Under the pieces are notes generated by a model. That model had not been told where the DNA came from. It was given only the letters and a program-made list of their open reading frames with translations, and made no database searches. Shown in pieces: positions 18,301-27,322 of a stretch of DNA of 64,000 nt. A program made the position numbers and the translations under genes. The stretch covers positions 1 through 64,000 of the forward strand of contig JBJLEE010000005.1 in NCBI GenBank assembly GCA_045566075.1, written 5' to 3'. The stretch is from Pirellulaceae bacterium. GTDB taxonomy: Bacteria > Planctomycetota > Planctomycetia > Pirellulales > Pirellulaceae. Positions within the stretch are counted from its first letter, which is position 1, and each line of letters starts with the position of its first letter.

Positions 18301-20643
18301 ATCTTGTTTGGCCTGATCGAAATGGATGCAACGATCGGTTTGCTCAGATACGACTCGAGAGCTCGTGCTGCAGCCCGATTGTTCTGGAATTACTTCTGTG
18401 ATCCGACTCAAAGAAACCTGATGACAGCACGACTCAGGGGTGTAGGTACAATTGGTCAACTGTTCCCGGATGTAAAGGAACAAGCACAATATGTTGCCGA
18501 ACTCCAGCCACTCGTGGACGAGTTTGTTGAGTCGACAGGAGTCATTGATGCGAAATTCGCATCACAGGTGTCAAACTACCTGTACGAAGAATTGACGACG
18601 AACGATTTCTTTGTCATTGCACGTCAGGCTATCGATTTATTTGATGCATTTGAACGTCATCTGAAACAAAACAGCTTTGTCGGAAAATTCCAGGAATCGC
18701 TGAAAGGTGTAAAAGGTGATCCACTAAGCCAATTCGTGCTCATTTGTGACTGGATCGAAGCATTTCTGGCTGCACATCCACAGCATGAACGTGCTGAGGA
18801 TTATATCGCTGAATTGGCCGTCATTCTGATGGCTGGACAACCGGATCGTAAACACGTTATCGATGGTACGGTTGATAAATCGATTGACGGTATGATCGGA
18901 TCGCACGCCACAATCGATGGCGGTGTTTACAAGCTGAACTTCAATGACTTCGTAACAAAGCTCAATCAATACAACAAGGCGGTCGTACCGCGATACCGGG
19001 ACTACATCGACATTAAGAAGTCGGTTGTGGATGTTGCACGTGATGATATGCGTCTCGACGAGTTTACGCCGAGAGTCATGACGTCATTTGTTCGTAACCG
19101 CCTGATCGATGAAGTCTATTTGCCACTTATTGGCGACAACCTGGCAAAGCAGATGGGTGTTGTCGGTGAAGACAAGCGAACGGACCTGATGGGGATGTTA
19201 CTGCTCATCTCGCCACCGGGTTACGGAAAGACGACATTGATGGAATATGTCGCTAATCGACTGGGTATTATTTTCATGAAGATCAATGGCCCGGCCATCG
19301 GTCATGCAGTCACTTCATTGGATCCGGAACAAGCATCCAATGCGGGCGCACGAGAAGAAGTTGAAAAGCTGAATCTGGCGTTGGAAATGGGTGACAACGT
19401 CATGATTTATCTAGACGATATCCAGCACTGCAATCCGGAATTCCTGCAAAAGTTCATTTCATTGTGTGATGCCCAGAGAAAAATAGAAGGTGTATATAAA
19501 GGTAAGACAAAGACATACGATCTGCGTGGACGTAAAGTCTGCGTTGTCATGGCTGGAAACCCGTATACAGAAAGCGGTGAGAAATTCCAGATTCCAGACA
19601 TGCTTGCAAACCGTGCTGACATTTATAACCTGGGTGAAATCATCGGTGATAGCGCAGAGGTATTTGAGCTCAGTTATCTCGAAAATTGCTTAACAAGTAA
19701 TCCGGCGCTAAACCTGCTTGCCAGTCGCAGCCAGAAAGATGTTCACGGTGTTATTAAGATCGCTCAGACGGGCAGTCGTGAAGGTATCGAACTTGAAGGA
19801 AGCTACTCTGCTGTCGAAGTGAATGAAATGGCCGAAACCATGAAGAAACTCATGACAGTTCGAGACCTCATTCTCACCGTAAACCGTGAGTACATCAGAA
19901 GTGCTTCGCAAGCGGATGAATACCGTACAGAGCCACCATTTAAACTTCAGGGTTCCTATCGAAATATGAATCGCATTGCTGAGAAGGTCGTGCCGATTAT
20001 GAATGACAAGGAACTCGAAACCCTGATCCTCAGTAATTATGAAAATGACTCTCAGACGCTTACGTCCGACACCGAGTCTAACATGCTCAAGGTCAAGGAA
20101 ATGATGAGCCTCCTATCGGAAACGGAGCAACAGCGCTGGGAAGATATCAAGAAAGCATTTGCTCAGGCGGTCAAGCTAAAGGGAATCGGATCTGACGATC
20201 AAACTGCTGCTGTCCTTCTACAATTACAGGAATTCAGCAACGGTTTACAGGATATCAAGGATACGATTTCCGGTGGCATCTCCAAGATGGCAGATCAATC
20301 CGGTGTTGAAACGGAGAGTGGTGGAGAAACCGCAGAGGCACTTCGATTGCTAGCAGAGGAATTGAGGGCGTACACCACCGGAAGTGTACCAGTTGACACG
20401 AATCAGGCTGTGCAGCGTGTTGCGGTAATGCACAAAGTGCCGAAGTCCATTCTGGGTGTTATGGAAAACCAGTTTGACATTATGCGAGGCTGGTTAAAGC
20501 CGCTGATGGATGTAAGCCAGGCAAACCAGGAAGGTGTTTCTGAACTGACAAGTGCCGTGGAGAAATGCCTGACCTCCTATCAGCAGCTTCTTGGAGAACT
20601 TGAAGATTCCGATGATATTCGCAGTGCTGATGAGGACGACTAA
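15358..20643 (+). CDS. Giant (1761 aa) protein with a single McrB/MoxR-like (AAA_5-type) P-loop NTPase module embedded at about residues 1270-1450. It has an N-terminal beta-rich domain, a coiled-coil region of about 800 aa and an acidic C-terminal tail
   Basis: Walker A LLLISPPGYGKTT (nt about 19219-19236). Walker B VMIYLDDIQ (nt about 19411-19419). Asn-Pro sensor segment KVCVVMAGNPYTESGEKFQIPDMLANRADIYNLGEI. N-terminal beta-rich region HFIFGYNIHFGLKATIHP...LQIWQTPYVED. Tail DSDDIRSADEDD. Confidence 0.8.
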   Translation: MSQADLDQTPEQQPDGEPQSQQLESGTYEIIRNRLANHASDLRDRLSKLNASRKDVFGAIETTLKGTDRVTTEHNCTPRDMIAIGEHFIFGYNIHFGLKATIHPDDVFATYKFDGEHFQAIESEFSQDPQFQRDFAEIYKYYKNAEFAKFFVIGPFLYMAFQVGKSVTELKSLKWRIESDSLVYVDNRSDHEVRFPDQHDFSWKRVSRDLFVEGAHPHVSIEDHVFVETIGGDLTIKVENNTSDGVGLYSEPVQNADQTLDDSEIYYAIVGSLVLLKIKPYQEDAYRYFIFNEKVQSVYRVDSLETSCVLLPDDHGVIFSNGYSLVTGEHKTFDTDLQGMLFDSRLEASNGEDFLYVFYNPESGVYVQLRYNLINQEVDTPVICHGAAFFPAGEMICFRAEPDAQKHHTLQIWQTPYVEDGLGPESQSDSFLFKIGNKEIVRGMAECHEVIGLIEKDDTYADLYVDLVKKSGDIVDSYFWASDDQCANLSAPLAEIRIAAESAIDEFEKVVRVKQNTVKQSAEIEQRSAEVLREAKNKRFDNIDDFVKSLAEMRTVRGEIISLKELRYINMELVERLGEEIAEASDRLATRCVEFLLRDDALAPYETRIKEQTASIDGLKKVTDARDLEEDIADGAGELEMLIDIVSNLNIEDATHRTQIIDNISAIFGQVNTARATLKTKIKDLMSVEGVAEFNSQMKLLNQAVVNYLDICDTPDKCEEFLTKVMIQLEELEGRFAEFDEFVVQLTDKREEIYNAFETRKLSLIEARNKRAEALSRAADRILGGIKSRIDSLESVNDINAYFASDLMIEKIRDLVDQLKDLEDTVKVDDIQSRLKSIREDAVRQLKDRKELFVDGENVIKFGKHHFSVNVQALDLTTVMRDDDMYLHLTGTNFFERLVDETLDSTRDVWDQEVISENRDVYRAEYLASKMFNHLSQSAEMSKSGYGRLAEDERLSALQKFMGPRYTEAYAKGVHDLDAEKILFGLIEMDATIGLLRYDSRARAAARLFWNYFCDPTQRNLMTARLRGVGTIGQLFPDVKEQAQYVAELQPLVDEFVESTGVIDAKFASQVSNYLYEELTTNDFFVIARQAIDLFDAFERHLKQNSFVGKFQESLKGVKGDPLSQFVLICDWIEAFLAAHPQHERAEDYIAELAVILMAGQPDRKHVIDGTVDKSIDGMIGSHATIDGGVYKLNFNDFVTKLNQYNKAVVPRYRDYIDIKKSVVDVARDDMRLDEFTPRVMTSFVRNRLIDEVYLPLIGDNLAKQMGVVGEDKRTDLMGMLLLISPPGYGKTTLMEYVANRLGIIFMKINGPAIGHAVTSLDPEQASNAGAREEVEKLNLALEMGDNVMIYLDDIQHCNPEFLQKFISLCDAQRKIEGVYKGKTKTYDLRGRKVCVVMAGNPYTESGEKFQIPDMLANRADIYNLGEIIGDSAEVFELSYLENCLTSNPALNLLASRSQKDVHGVIKIAQTGSREGIELEGSYSAVEVNEMAETMKKLMTVRDLILTVNREYIRSASQADEYRTEPPFKLQGSYRNMNRIAEKVVPIMNDKELETLILSNYENDSQTLTSDTESNMLKVKEMMSLLSETEQQRWEDIKKAFAQAVKLKGIGSDDQTAAVLLQLQEFSNGLQDIKDTISGGISKMADQSGVETESGGETAEALRLLAEELRAYTTGSVPVDTNQAVQRVAVMHKVPKSILGVMENQFDIMRGWLKPLMDVSQANQEGVSELTSAVEKCLTSYQQLLGELEDSDDIRSADEDD

Positions 20644-20670
20644 CCCTCTATCTGCTTATATAGGGCGAGA

Positions 20671-21576
20671 CTAATCGCGGTTGGTAAAGAATAAACCGCT
20701 CGCAATCATGGCTAACGACACAAACAGCCATGAACTCATTTCATCATTTCTAAACATTGCGGTAAATGCGATACCGAAAACAGGTGTGAGAAATGAGAAC
20801 ATCGATATTTGACTGGCGGCATACGTCTTAAGTAACACGGCCTGTATGGCAAAGCATGCGCCTGCCACGAGTACACCCTGATATACCAACCCAAGAACCG
20901 CCGGTGTTGTGAATTGGTCTGGATTCACATCTTCGGTTAATGCTGCCACGATAAAAAAGAACACGACGCCAACCAATTCATGCCATGCCATGAACGAGCC
21001 CGTCTCCATTTTGTTTAGCGCATATTTTGTAAACAGAATTTTGACTGCCAGAACGAATCCACTGGCCATCAACAATATGTCGCCGAGCATGGTGGCTTCG
21101 TCAACCGACGGCGTTTCTCCCGCAGATTCTGGTTTTGTCAGTATGACCAATATCGCGCCACCGGCCGCTAATCCGATTCCGATCAATCGTGATGCACTGA
21201 GCCTGTGGATTCGTGAAACGTAGTGATCTGACAGCACCACCCAAAAAATGAACGTGTTGATTAAAAGACTGGTGTGAGATGAGTTGGATTCAGCCACACC
21301 GATCGTAAAAAGTGCGATTTGGCTGAACAGCAATAGACCGCCAATAATTATTAACGGGAGCTGTTCTCTGGAAATGCTCAGTGAGCACTTTTCAAAACGA
21401 CACCAAATGAACATAACAACGACGGCCATCGAAAACCGAATACCGGAAACGGTAATGGGCGGTATGGTATCGACACTGTATTTTGCAGCGACTGCATTAC
21501 CTGCCCATAAGACGCAGGTAAGCAATGTGAGCATGACGGCCGCCGCCGACATTCTGGGCGACTCGAGTTCCCTCAT
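20671..21576 (-). CDS. DMT-superfamily (EamA-like) 10-TM transporter
   Basis: Hydrophobic protein with two internal repeats of about 140 aa (AAAVMLTLLTCVLWAGNAVAAKY... and ...LLMASGFVLAVKILFTKYALNKM...). The listed ORF extends to 21693, but its first 40 codons look non-native, so the start was placed at the internal Met (MRELESPRM). Convergent with the giant ATPase gene, 27 bp away. Confidence 0.55.
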   Translation of the reverse strand: MRELESPRMSAAAVMLTLLTCVLWAGNAVAAKYSVDTIPPITVSGIRFSMAVVVMFIWCRFEKCSLSISREQLPLIIIGGLLLFSQIALFTIGVAESNSSHTSLLINTFIFWVVLSDHYVSRIHRLSASRLIGIGLAAGGAILVILTKPESAGETPSVDEATMLGDILLMASGFVLAVKILFTKYALNKMETGSFMAWHELVGVVFFFIVAALTEDVNPDQFTTPAVLGLVYQGVLVAGACFAIQAVLLKTYAASQISMFSFLTPVFGIAFTAMFRNDEMSSWLFVSLAMIASGLFFTNRD

Positions 21577-21771
21577 ATTCACGCTCGATTTGTGCTCAGA
21601 TGATGCGTTCAATTGACTGTCGTGGTGTAAATCAAAGCTGACAACAGAGAATGAGATGTGCTGACTATAGGATGCGTGCATCCTAATCCACATTGTCGGA
21701 GGTGACTATACGAGGATTGGTGTTGTCATGATGCCACATGATGGTGATTATGAAACCTCTGCATTTCTTTA

Positions 21772-22971
21772 TTGCCACAAGAACTTATGACAAACGATCA
21801 ACCACAAATGGCAGGCGCATCCCTAAAGTTGCCATTGCATAAGCGGCTGCTATTCGGCTTCGTGGCACTTTTATGTTGCGTTGGTATTGCGGAAGTCTGT
21901 TTTCGCGTGATCGGATATGACTTCAATCAGACGTCGGCTCGTCTCGAGGCGATCCCACCCTTTTACCGTATTCCAACGGAACCCTTCGCCAGATATTTTT
22001 TTAAGCGACCGGCAAAGACATCCTGGAATGGTCAGGTGATTCGATCGCAGATGGATGTGCTGGGAATCGACTCAAACGCATACAAAGATGAAGCAACGGT
22101 GGATCTCAATTATGACTCAGATGGATTCCGGAATTCTGATGCGTTGGATGATTGGGAGATCGTGGTTGTAGGAGATTCATTCACTGAGTTGGGGAATCTA
22201 TCTGACGAGCAGTTATTTACATCGCTTCTAGCTACTGCCACGGGGAATGGGGTTAAAAATTTAGGGGCGTCATATACCGGAACAAGAACTCAGATCCAAT
22301 ACCTTTCATCTTTTGGAAAGTCTGATTCGACCAGAATTGCAATGCTTGCGTTCTTTGAAGGCAACGACATCGAAGAGACTGTCAGTGAAGTACACCGTAA
22401 AGTAAATATTGACCTTGGAAAGTTATCGTTAGATGACTTCTTTGGAGATAACCTAATTCAAACCTCTCTGGTTGGATTTATCTTCGACCGAATAACCAGT
22501 GCATCAGTTGCGGATTTGGCGATCACGCGTGACAACGCGAATGTGCAACTTCCAAATGGAGTTACAGCTCGAGTTGGCATCAACTACATGCCGCTCAATG
22601 AAAGTCAGCTTGGTGAAGCAGGTGCCATGATGCAAACAGCTATAAGTGACTGGGCTGATGTGTGTCGCAGTCAGGGGATCGAGCCATGGCTTGTGTATTT
22701 ACCGTGCAAACATCGCGTGCTGCATCCGCTTGGGTTACGGTTTGATGTTGATGCGAATCCTCTGCTAAAGGCGTGGATGCCGTCTGACTTGCCGCAGTGG
22801 ATTAACCGCGAGTGTCAAAAAAATGATGTGGTCCTTATCGACACCACTGCTGCATTGATTAAGTCTGCCAAGGATGGTGAAATGCCGTTTAATCTCATAT
22901 ACGACACACATCTAAATGCTCAAGGTTCGGCGGTCGTGGCCACGGAACTTGCAAATGCGCTCGCGCAATAG
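21772..22971 (+). CDS. Membrane-anchored protein with an SGNH/AlgJ-AlgX-like hydrolase or acyltransferase domain (tentative)
   Basis: N-terminal TM LLFGFVALLCCVGIAEVCF. GDS-type motif IVVVGDSFTELGN. The protein is 399 aa. Confidence 0.35.
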   Translation: MPQELMTNDQPQMAGASLKLPLHKRLLFGFVALLCCVGIAEVCFRVIGYDFNQTSARLEAIPPFYRIPTEPFARYFFKRPAKTSWNGQVIRSQMDVLGIDSNAYKDEATVDLNYDSDGFRNSDALDDWEIVVVGDSFTELGNLSDEQLFTSLLATATGNGVKNLGASYTGTRTQIQYLSSFGKSDSTRIAMLAFFEGNDIEETVSEVHRKVNIDLGKLSLDDFFGDNLIQTSLVGFIFDRITSASVADLAITRDNANVQLPNGVTARVGINYMPLNESQLGEAGAMMQTAISDWADVCRSQGIEPWLVYLPCKHRVLHPLGLRFDVDANPLLKAWMPSDLPQWINRECQKNDVVLIDTTAALIKSAKDGEMPFNLIYDTHLNAQGSAVVATELANALAQ

Positions 22972-23041
22972 GTCAAGGTGCCGCTTCAAAGTTGATATCA
23001 TACGGGTGTACGCGGAAACCGATAAGATTTGGATTGCAACC

Positions 23042-24163
23042 ATGACAGAAGCCTTCTCACTAAGCATTGCTGATACGTCAGAGATAATCTCTCCTGGACT
23101 CGTACTTTTTCGAGAGATCATGGAATCTAATTTAGATGAAATGACTCGTCAGGCAGGCGACGTAAGTCGTTTAAGACCGCACTGCAAGACCCATAAAATG
23201 CCGGAAGTGATCAAGATTCTTCTCGGCCGTGGGATTACGAAACACAAGTGCGCGACCTTTGCTGAGGCAGAAATGCTGGCTGAGTGTGGGGTGAAGGATA
23301 TCTGCCTTGCATATAACCTGGTTGGCCCCAATGTTGACCGCGCGATCCAGTTCAGACGTGCTTACCCCGATGTGACGTTTATCATAACTGCAGACCATGC
23401 CGTTCCCCTGCAACAACTCTCTGATGCAGCAGTAGCAGCTGATCTGGGCGTAGAGGTTTTAATTGATCTGGATACCGGGCAGCACCGAACGGGAATCGAA
23501 TATGGCGCAGGTGCTGTTGAGTTGTATCAATTGATGGGCGAATTGCCGGGAATCATTCCAGGTGGCATTCACCTATACGACGGACAAAACCACCAATCGG
23601 ATTTACAGGAAAGAATCGAAGCGGTCAACGAATGTTGGCGACAGGCCGTCGCCTTGAAAAGTGATGTTGAAGCAATCGGGCTTTCAGTCCCGCGTGTGGT
23701 TGCTGGCGGAACCGGATCATTTCCAATTTATGCTTCACTTGCTGATCCGGTAATTGAGGCAAGTCCGGGTACGAATATCTTCTTTGATTCAAACTATGGA
23801 CGAATGTTCCCGGATCTACATTATGTCCCGGCGATGCGAATACTCTCGCGAGTGATTAGTTGTCCGAGTAACGGACGCGTGACCTTCGATCTCGGCTACA
23901 AAGCGTGTGCATCTGATCCTCCTGCAGGTAGTCGTGTTGTGATACCGGATATTGGTGATGCCGATGCCGTGCTTCAAAACGAAGAACATTTGGTGATTAA
24001 GACGGATGCACATGCGGAATTCACTCCGGGAGATGAAATACTCGCGATCCCGGCACATGTCTGCCCGACGTCTGCGTTACACAAGTCCGTGTACGTGATC
24101 GAAAATGGTGAGGTGGTCGACCAATGGGAAATCACAGCACGAGACCGTAAAATCAGCATATGA
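23042..24163 (+). CDS. PLP-dependent enzyme of the D-serine dehydratase / D-threonine aldolase (alanine racemase N-terminal fold, D-TA family) type
   Basis: Alanine-racemase-like N-terminal region HCKTHKMPEVIKILLGRGITKHKCATFAEAEMLAECGVKDICLAYNLVGPN with the PLP-binding Lys in KTHK. C-terminal D-serine-dehydratase-like domain. The start was placed at MTEAF (the listed ORF starts 126 nt earlier and overlaps the previous gene). Confidence 0.6.
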   Translation: MTEAFSLSIADTSEIISPGLVLFREIMESNLDEMTRQAGDVSRLRPHCKTHKMPEVIKILLGRGITKHKCATFAEAEMLAECGVKDICLAYNLVGPNVDRAIQFRRAYPDVTFIITADHAVPLQQLSDAAVAADLGVEVLIDLDTGQHRTGIEYGAGAVELYQLMGELPGIIPGGIHLYDGQNHQSDLQERIEAVNECWRQAVALKSDVEAIGLSVPRVVAGGTGSFPIYASLADPVIEASPGTNIFFDSNYGRMFPDLHYVPAMRILSRVISCPSNGRVTFDLGYKACASDPPAGSRVVIPDIGDADAVLQNEEHLVIKTDAHAEFTPGDEILAIPAHVCPTSALHKSVYVIENGEVVDQWEITARDRKISI

Positions 24164-24229
24164 GTACACAGACAGTTTAGGCGATTCGAGTTTTTCGGAG
24201 TGGATGAGTTTGCAGTTTAGGATTGAACC

Positions 24230-25042
24230 ATGAATTCAGAACACGATACATCAGCTGAAGTGGCTGAAGATATTGAAGCAGCAGTTACCGAGAGTTCAGA
24301 AGTCAAAGAACCGATGAGTGATCTCGAGCGTGAGCGAATTCTCGATCGTGTAAAGTTGGTGACCTACCCGAAAGTTATTTTTCTGTATCCAACGTTTATC
24401 GTCTCCGTCATTGCAGCCATTTGGATGACCGTTTCGGGTGATGCATACTCCGTTTCCGGAGAATCTCAGTCTCTTGTTCCACGTGGCGGGGCAGTCACCG
24501 TCTCCATTATGTTTCTGGGTATGTTCCTCACGAACATGATCGTCATGGCGTTTGATTTTCCAAGAGCGAATTCACTGATTCTGATTCTCGTAATCGTGCT
24601 CGCCGTTATTGGATTGGCCGTTCTTGCGAGTGCTAATCCAGATGTTCTGCCATTCCTTACCGGTTGGTTGGAAAACCTGGAACCGATTGCCAATGCTACG
24701 TTTTACTGGGTCTTCTCCAGTATCCTTTTGTTGATTTGGATTGCCATTCGATGCAGTCGATTCCTGGACTACTGGGAAGTGCATCCAAATGAGATTCTGC
24801 ACGTGCAGGGTTTTCCCAGGAATGTAAAGCGGTTCTCTGCTCCACATGTGAGAATCGACAAAGAGATTAACGATGTTTTTGAGTTTATGTTGCTTCGCAG
24901 TGGTCGCCTTGTTATTCATCCAAGTAACGAGGCGCGTGTGTTCATTCTGGACAATGTACTGTTCGTTGGTAAAAAAGAAGAACAGATTACAAGAATGCTT
25001 GGTGCCTTGCAGGTGCAGGTAAAGGCCGATATTGAAGTCTAA
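24230..25042 (+). CDS. Hypothetical multi-pass membrane protein with a C-terminal bacterial PH-like domain (tentative)
   Basis: Four hydrophobic helices, for example IFLYPTFIVSVIAAIWMTV and LILILVIVLAVIGLAVLA, followed by YWEVHPNEILHVQGFPRNVKRFSAPHVRIDKEINDVFEFMLLRSGRLVIH. Confidence 0.4.
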   Translation: MNSEHDTSAEVAEDIEAAVTESSEVKEPMSDLERERILDRVKLVTYPKVIFLYPTFIVSVIAAIWMTVSGDAYSVSGESQSLVPRGGAVTVSIMFLGMFLTNMIVMAFDFPRANSLILILVIVLAVIGLAVLASANPDVLPFLTGWLENLEPIANATFYWVFSSILLLIWIAIRCSRFLDYWEVHPNEILHVQGFPRNVKRFSAPHVRIDKEINDVFEFMLLRSGRLVIHPSNEARVFILDNVLFVGKKEEQITRMLGALQVQVKADIEV

Positions 25043-25135
25043 GCTCTTGAAAGTGTTTTGCGACTGGCAGTTGGCTTGCGTGTAGCATTCATGTGTTGTG
25101 CTCGTAGGTGTTCATGATTTTCTATCGAAAGTGTT

Positions 25136-27322
25136 TTGTTGATGCGTGCTTTTCATTTTGTTGCTTACTTGTCCATTTTGATTTTCCTTACCACTTCGGT
25201 GGATGCTGCGGAGACGGTTGCTGGTAAGTCACTCGACCAATGGTCTGCCGATTTGCAATCAGAAAATCAAACGACGCGTTTGCGAGCCGCCAAGACACTG
25301 GGAATCTTTGGTGAATCTGCTGGCGATGTGTTTAACCGAATGCTGGATCATGCTGATGTGAGCGTTATTTATCATGCAGCAAGCCATATCGGAGATGCCA
25401 AAGTTAATTCTGCTGCAGTCGTTGGGAAACTCACTAAGCTGCTTGCCCATGAACATGCATCCGTTCAGGTTGCGGCTGCATATGCGCTTTGCCGGATAGA
25501 GGGTGTCAAAGAAGAGTATGCGGCTGTTTTGAATTCAGCTTTGGCCTCGAAGGAACGCGGTGCAGCATGTAGCGCTGCAGAAATGTACCAACGCATTGGA
25601 CCTGCTGCAAAACAGCATGCCTTGGCCGCATTAAAGGCTGCACAGCAAAGCAAAGACTACCACGTAAATGGTGCTGTTATAAATGCCCTTAGGACCGTTG
25701 AATCTAATCCGTATAAGCCGGAGCCAGCTGTGCGTCCGAAAATGGGTGGTAGATATCGTAATTGGTTAAATGCTACATCCATACCACGACCGGAACTTGC
25801 CGGTGATAATCAACGCCCAAATATCCTCTGGATCAGTTGTGAGGACATTAGCCCAAATCTCGGTTGCTATGGAGATAAGTACGCATCAACTCCCAATCTG
25901 GATAAGCTCGCTGAACAAGGTATGAGATTTTCGCAGGCCTTTACGCCAGCGGGCGTTTGTGCGGTTGTTCGCTCCGGTATCATCACAGGAATGTATCCCA
26001 TTTCCATTGGGTCACAACACATGCGGTCGCGTATCGTGACTCCCAGTGGAGTGCGTTGTTTTAGTGAATACCTGAGAGCGGCCGGCTACTTTTGTACGAA
26101 TAAATCGAAGACTGACTATCAATTTGATGCACCGGTTACTGCCTGGGATCGACAAGGTGGCAATCATCAGGATTGGAGAGATCGCGCACCGGGCCAGCCT
26201 TTCTTTAGCATTATCAATCTTACGGTTTCACACGAGAGCCAGATCCGACATAGCCATGAAGTGCATAAACAGGTACTGGCTCAACTTGATTCTGCGCAGC
26301 ATCATGACCCGGATAAGGCTGGGAAATTCTTACCGCCGATTTATCCAAACACTCCGGCGACGCGAATGGATTGGGCGTTCTATCAGGACAATATCTCAGC
26401 GATGGATAAACAAGTCGGACAAGTGCTCAAGCGACTCGAAGAAGATGGCCTAAGTGAAAATACGATTGTGATCTTCTGGAGTGATCATGGACGTGGATTA
26501 CCTCGTGGAAAGCGTTGGATATACGATTCCGGTACGCATATTCCTTTTATCGTTAGATGGCCGGGACAGATTAAATCATCCACGGTGAATGATGAATTGG
26601 TGAATACAGAAGATCTGACAGCAACGACACTCGCTTTGGCAGGCATTGAAAGACCCGATTACATGCACGGCCGTGTTATCGTTGGTGAACAAAAGGAAGC
26701 TGCCCCGGACTATATCTACTTTCACCGTGATCGAATGGACGAAGCATATGAACTAATGCGAGGCTGCAGAGATCATAGGTTTAAGTACATCCGGAATTAT
26801 GAACCTCAGAAACCCTATGCGCAGCACATCAGTTATATGGACAAAATGCCGACCCTTCGCGAATTAAGGCGGATGGATATCGAAGGCACTCTCAAGGGTG
26901 CAGAAGTGGCATTCATGCGTAAATCCAAACCGATTGAAGAATTGTATGACATAGTGAACGATCCTCATGAGACGGTAAACCTTGCTCAAAAAGCTAAATA
27001 CAAAGAAGTGCTCGCCAAAATGCGGGATGAAACGATCGCGTGGCAGGACAGTATTGGTGACTTGGGACTAGTGCCGGAGCCAATCATGATGGAGAACATG
27101 CGACCGAGTAATCAAATGCAGCAAACGGCCAAGCCAGAAATCGTTCGTGACGGTGACACGGTGACGGTGAAGTGTGCAACACCCGGTGCCTCGATCCAAA
27201 TAACACAGCCGAATATGCCAGCCAGACTCTACAGCGGATCATTCAAGGCAACAGGGCAGGTGCGGGCAGTGGCTACACGTATAGGGTTCCAGACCAGCGC
27301 AGCAACTGTATCCAATCCGTAA
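25136..27322 (+). CDS. Secreted sulfatase-family protein with an N-terminal HEAT-repeat domain
   Basis: Signal peptide MLMRAFHFVAYLSILIFLTTSVDAAE. HEAT-like repeats AAKTLGIFGESAGDV... and VAAAYALCRIEG. Sulfatase core NILWISCEDISPNLGCYGDKYASTPNLDKLAEQGMRFSQAFTPAGVCAVVRSGIITGMYP and ...IVIFWSDHG. The formylglycine motif reads C-A-V-V-R rather than C-x-P-x-R. Confidence 0.75.
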   Translation: MLMRAFHFVAYLSILIFLTTSVDAAETVAGKSLDQWSADLQSENQTTRLRAAKTLGIFGESAGDVFNRMLDHADVSVIYHAASHIGDAKVNSAAVVGKLTKLLAHEHASVQVAAAYALCRIEGVKEEYAAVLNSALASKERGAACSAAEMYQRIGPAAKQHALAALKAAQQSKDYHVNGAVINALRTVESNPYKPEPAVRPKMGGRYRNWLNATSIPRPELAGDNQRPNILWISCEDISPNLGCYGDKYASTPNLDKLAEQGMRFSQAFTPAGVCAVVRSGIITGMYPISIGSQHMRSRIVTPSGVRCFSEYLRAAGYFCTNKSKTDYQFDAPVTAWDRQGGNHQDWRDRAPGQPFFSIINLTVSHESQIRHSHEVHKQVLAQLDSAQHHDPDKAGKFLPPIYPNTPATRMDWAFYQDNISAMDKQVGQVLKRLEEDGLSENTIVIFWSDHGRGLPRGKRWIYDSGTHIPFIVRWPGQIKSSTVNDELVNTEDLTATTLALAGIERPDYMHGRVIVGEQKEAAPDYIYFHRDRMDEAYELMRGCRDHRFKYIRNYEPQKPYAQHISYMDKMPTLRELRRMDIEGTLKGAEVAFMRKSKPIEELYDIVNDPHETVNLAQKAKYKEVLAKMRDETIAWQDSIGDLGLVPEPIMMENMRPSNQMQQTAKPEIVRDGDTVTVKCATPGASIQITQPNMPARLYSGSFKATGQVRAVATRIGFQTSAATVSNP

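Noticed and set aside
20644-20670. Bidirectional terminator between the convergent giant ATPase gene and the transporter gene
   Set aside because: Only a weak 4-bp stem (ccct...aggg) with a 14-nt loop and no U-tract. Not a credible intrinsic terminator.
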